Assembly (NCBI GenBank): GCA_027923505.1
Contig: BROI01000007.1
Coordinates: 310,001 to 374,000, forward strand
Reading direction: 5' to 3'
Source: Mayamaea pseudoterrestris
Taxonomy: Eukaryota
Length of the DNA: 64,000 nucleotides
The notes beneath the pieces are model-generated. The model did not search any database and had not been told where the DNA came from. It was given only the letters and a program-made list of their open reading frames with translations. Positions 62,160 through 64,000 of the stretch are shown here, in pieces. Both the position numbers and the translations under genes were made by a program. Each line of letters starts with the position of its first letter. Positions within the stretch are counted from its first letter, which is position 1.

Positions 62160-62512
62160 TTTTCTTGTTGCGCGCCTGAAATAAGGATGTTTGCCCCATT
62201 CTGGTTTGATCTGGGCATACACATGGCTCAAGGGATGGGCTTTTGAAAGGCATGGCAGCTGCTGTCTGAGACTGGTGACAAGTTATCACCAATTACATCC
62301 CAGTCCCTGAGACACCAGCTAGTAATTTTATCTTGAAGCGCACCTGAAACAAGGATGTGAGCACCATTCTGGTTTGATTAAAGCATACACATGGCTCAAG
62401 GTATGGCCACTTGAAAGGCATGGCAGCTGCTGGCTGCGGCTGGTGACAAGGTGTCACCAATCACGTCGCAGTAAACTAAGGGACCCGCCAGTGAAAAAAA
62501 ACCTTGCAGCGC
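62160..62512 (-). repeat. About two diverged 169-bp-family monomers (subfamily C), inverted
   Basis: Two tandem copies of cctgaaa.aaggatgt...ccattctggtttgat...gcatacacatggctcaagg...tggtgacaag.t.tcaccaat. Confidence 0.85.
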
Positions 62513-62715
62513 CCCTATGAGAGTGGGTTGTTGATAATTTTACTGCATCTGCCATATGCATCTACATTCAATACTAGCTGTCATCCAAAGAGTAGTCAAT
62601 TTAAACACAACAACATCCATAAATCGAGCCCTCGGTCAGAATCAAAATAGTACATAAACTTGATATCTATATTTTAAAGCTTCTTTACAGCATCACAAAG
62701 GTATTTCCACACGCT

Positions 62716-63204
62716 TCACTGAAGAAGAACCCTTGAAATATCACGCTGATTCGGCCGGACCAAATCACGCACAAGGAGGAGCGGCACTAGGTATAGAATC
62801 AAGAATGGTTGCGCAAAAAAGCGAAGCGACGGGGGAAGAGTTCCAAGAAAGGCCGTAATTGGATGTCGAATCCAAAGGAGGGCTGATGTGATGGAATGGA
62901 TGACGTCGGCAAAATCTTCAACGACGGCCTTGGCAATGGTAACAATGAACTCGGTCAGGTCAATGCGTCGAACGGGATTGACTGCGGCTTGACGAACATT
63001 GACTTGCTGTCTCGTGCGTGCGACTGAAGATGGTGAGCGCGTATTGATCGTTGACTGCATTGCTGATGATGGGCGGAGCGATTGTGGTGCGGTGTGGTGA
63101 ACCTGCAGTTGCGCCTTCGTCGTAAATGAATTCCACCGTGTGACGGCAAAGCCATCGACGCTGGCAAGCAGAAGCAATATAATGGCGAGTAAGAATCTTG
63201 ACAT
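62716..63204 (-). CDS. Hypothetical protein, predicted plastid-targeted membrane protein
   Basis: MSRFLLAIILLLLASVDG|FAV signal peptide with Phe at +1, an S/T/R-rich transit-like region, and a hydrophobic C-terminus similar to the neighbouring gene. Confidence 0.7.
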   Translation of the reverse strand: MSRFLLAIILLLLASVDGFAVTRWNSFTTKAQLQVHHTAPQSLRPSSAMQSTINTRSPSSVARTRQQVNVRQAAVNPVRRIDLTEFIVTIAKAVVEDFADVIHSITSALLWIRHPITAFLGTLPPSLRFFAQPFLILYLVPLLLVRDLVRPNQRDISRVLLQ

Positions 63205-63557
63205 CTTGGAGAGATGAGTGAAGAGCGCTGTTCGAAAGAAGAGCAAGAATTGTGAACCTCGCGAATAATGTTCAAAGAAAGGCAAACTACGAAACCACGA
63301 CTTAAAAATCATCGGCGAAGTCTGCACAAAAGGCGACGTCATTCCAGTTGCGGTGCGAGGTCTGAATGCATTGCGCCATTTTTTTGCTAAGTTAGTATGA
63401 TTACTCTCACTATATTAAGGCATTCCACCAACAAATAATAGGCCTACGGCTAGCAATCCAAATATACAAATTTAGCGACGGATATCAAGCTCAGCTTGTC
63501 CGGCAAAACCGACCACGAAGTTGGCAATGTTCCCGAGCTAACTGCCCTCCATCAAGT

Positions 63558-64000
63558 CTAGCCCTGAAGCCCCGCTTGCTCCTGCAGTTCCATGGACAGA
63601 AACGAAGATTCTGCAACTGCTTCCCTCATATCGAGCTCGGATATATCTGACTCCAACTCGTTGGCACTGTTTACATGGACCGGCCAATACTGTGTGCTTC
63701 CATCAGCAACTTGCACCGCCCTCTTCCATCCTTCCACAAAGTGATCATGTGAGCGTCGGGCATTGCTTCTATTCGGGCCTGCCAGGTTGCGGAGAATGAG
63801 CAAAGGTGCATAGTAAAGCACCAAGAAGGGTTGCACAAAGTACCGAAGCCATGTTGGCCAAATGTTAAGGACCAAGGCCATGATGGTTCTAATCCAGGCA
63901 CCCGAAAGTGCAACTGCCGACGTGTAAATTGCAGTCGCTGAAATGCCAGTCATGGTCCGTAGAAAACTGCGGGCGGCTGTCAAAGAAAACCCTGTCACAT
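63558..64000 (-). CDS. Hypothetical membrane protein (5' end outside the window), paralogue of 62716-63204
   Basis: Open for at least 146 codons; contains WPTWLRYFVQPFLVLYYAPLLILRNL. Confidence 0.75.
   Translation of the reverse strand, partial: VTGFSLTAARSFLRTMTGISATAIYTSAVALSGAWIRTIMALVLNIWPTWLRYFVQPFLVLYYAPLLILRNLAGPNRSNARRSHDHFVEGWKRAVQVADGSTQYWPVHVNSANELESDISELDMREAVAESSFLSMELQEQAGLQG

Overview
Eukaryotic genomic DNA, most likely from a diatom (CoDi-type Copia element, bipartite plastid-targeting presequences, compact genes with few introns). About half the window is tandem satellite DNA from three families with nucleosome-sized periods: a 348-bp unit that is an ancient dimer of ~170+178 bp (1-2240), a 169-bp unit (7128-13045, 24915-37270, 53947-62154, plus inverted or diverged monomers), and a ~175-bp A/B-alternating unit (22140-24919). 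A DIRS/Ngaro-type RT-RNase H retroelement remnant (2241-7127) separates the first two satellites. A Ty1/Copia LTR element (13046-~21920) sits in the 169-bp array; its first 2467 bp appear exactly duplicated, and its pol carries a chromodomain-like module. A dense housekeeping gene island (about 37.3-53.1 kb: JmjC protein, kinesin, GAT-domain protein, PrxQ, PAM18, TOP1, MTHFR, ankyrin protein) lies between satellite arrays, and two paralogous unknown genes close the window. The most striking signal is a set of palindromes with a 1-nt centre, spaced about every 170 bp in the satellites and preceded by TGAGAC, with compensatory substitutions between the two halves of the 348-bp unit. Together with the chromodomain-bearing Copia element this suggests a centromere- or heterochromatin-like system, which is inference only. 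About 18.6-39.7 kb looks like low-accuracy, indel-rich consensus, so frameshifts there may be artefacts.
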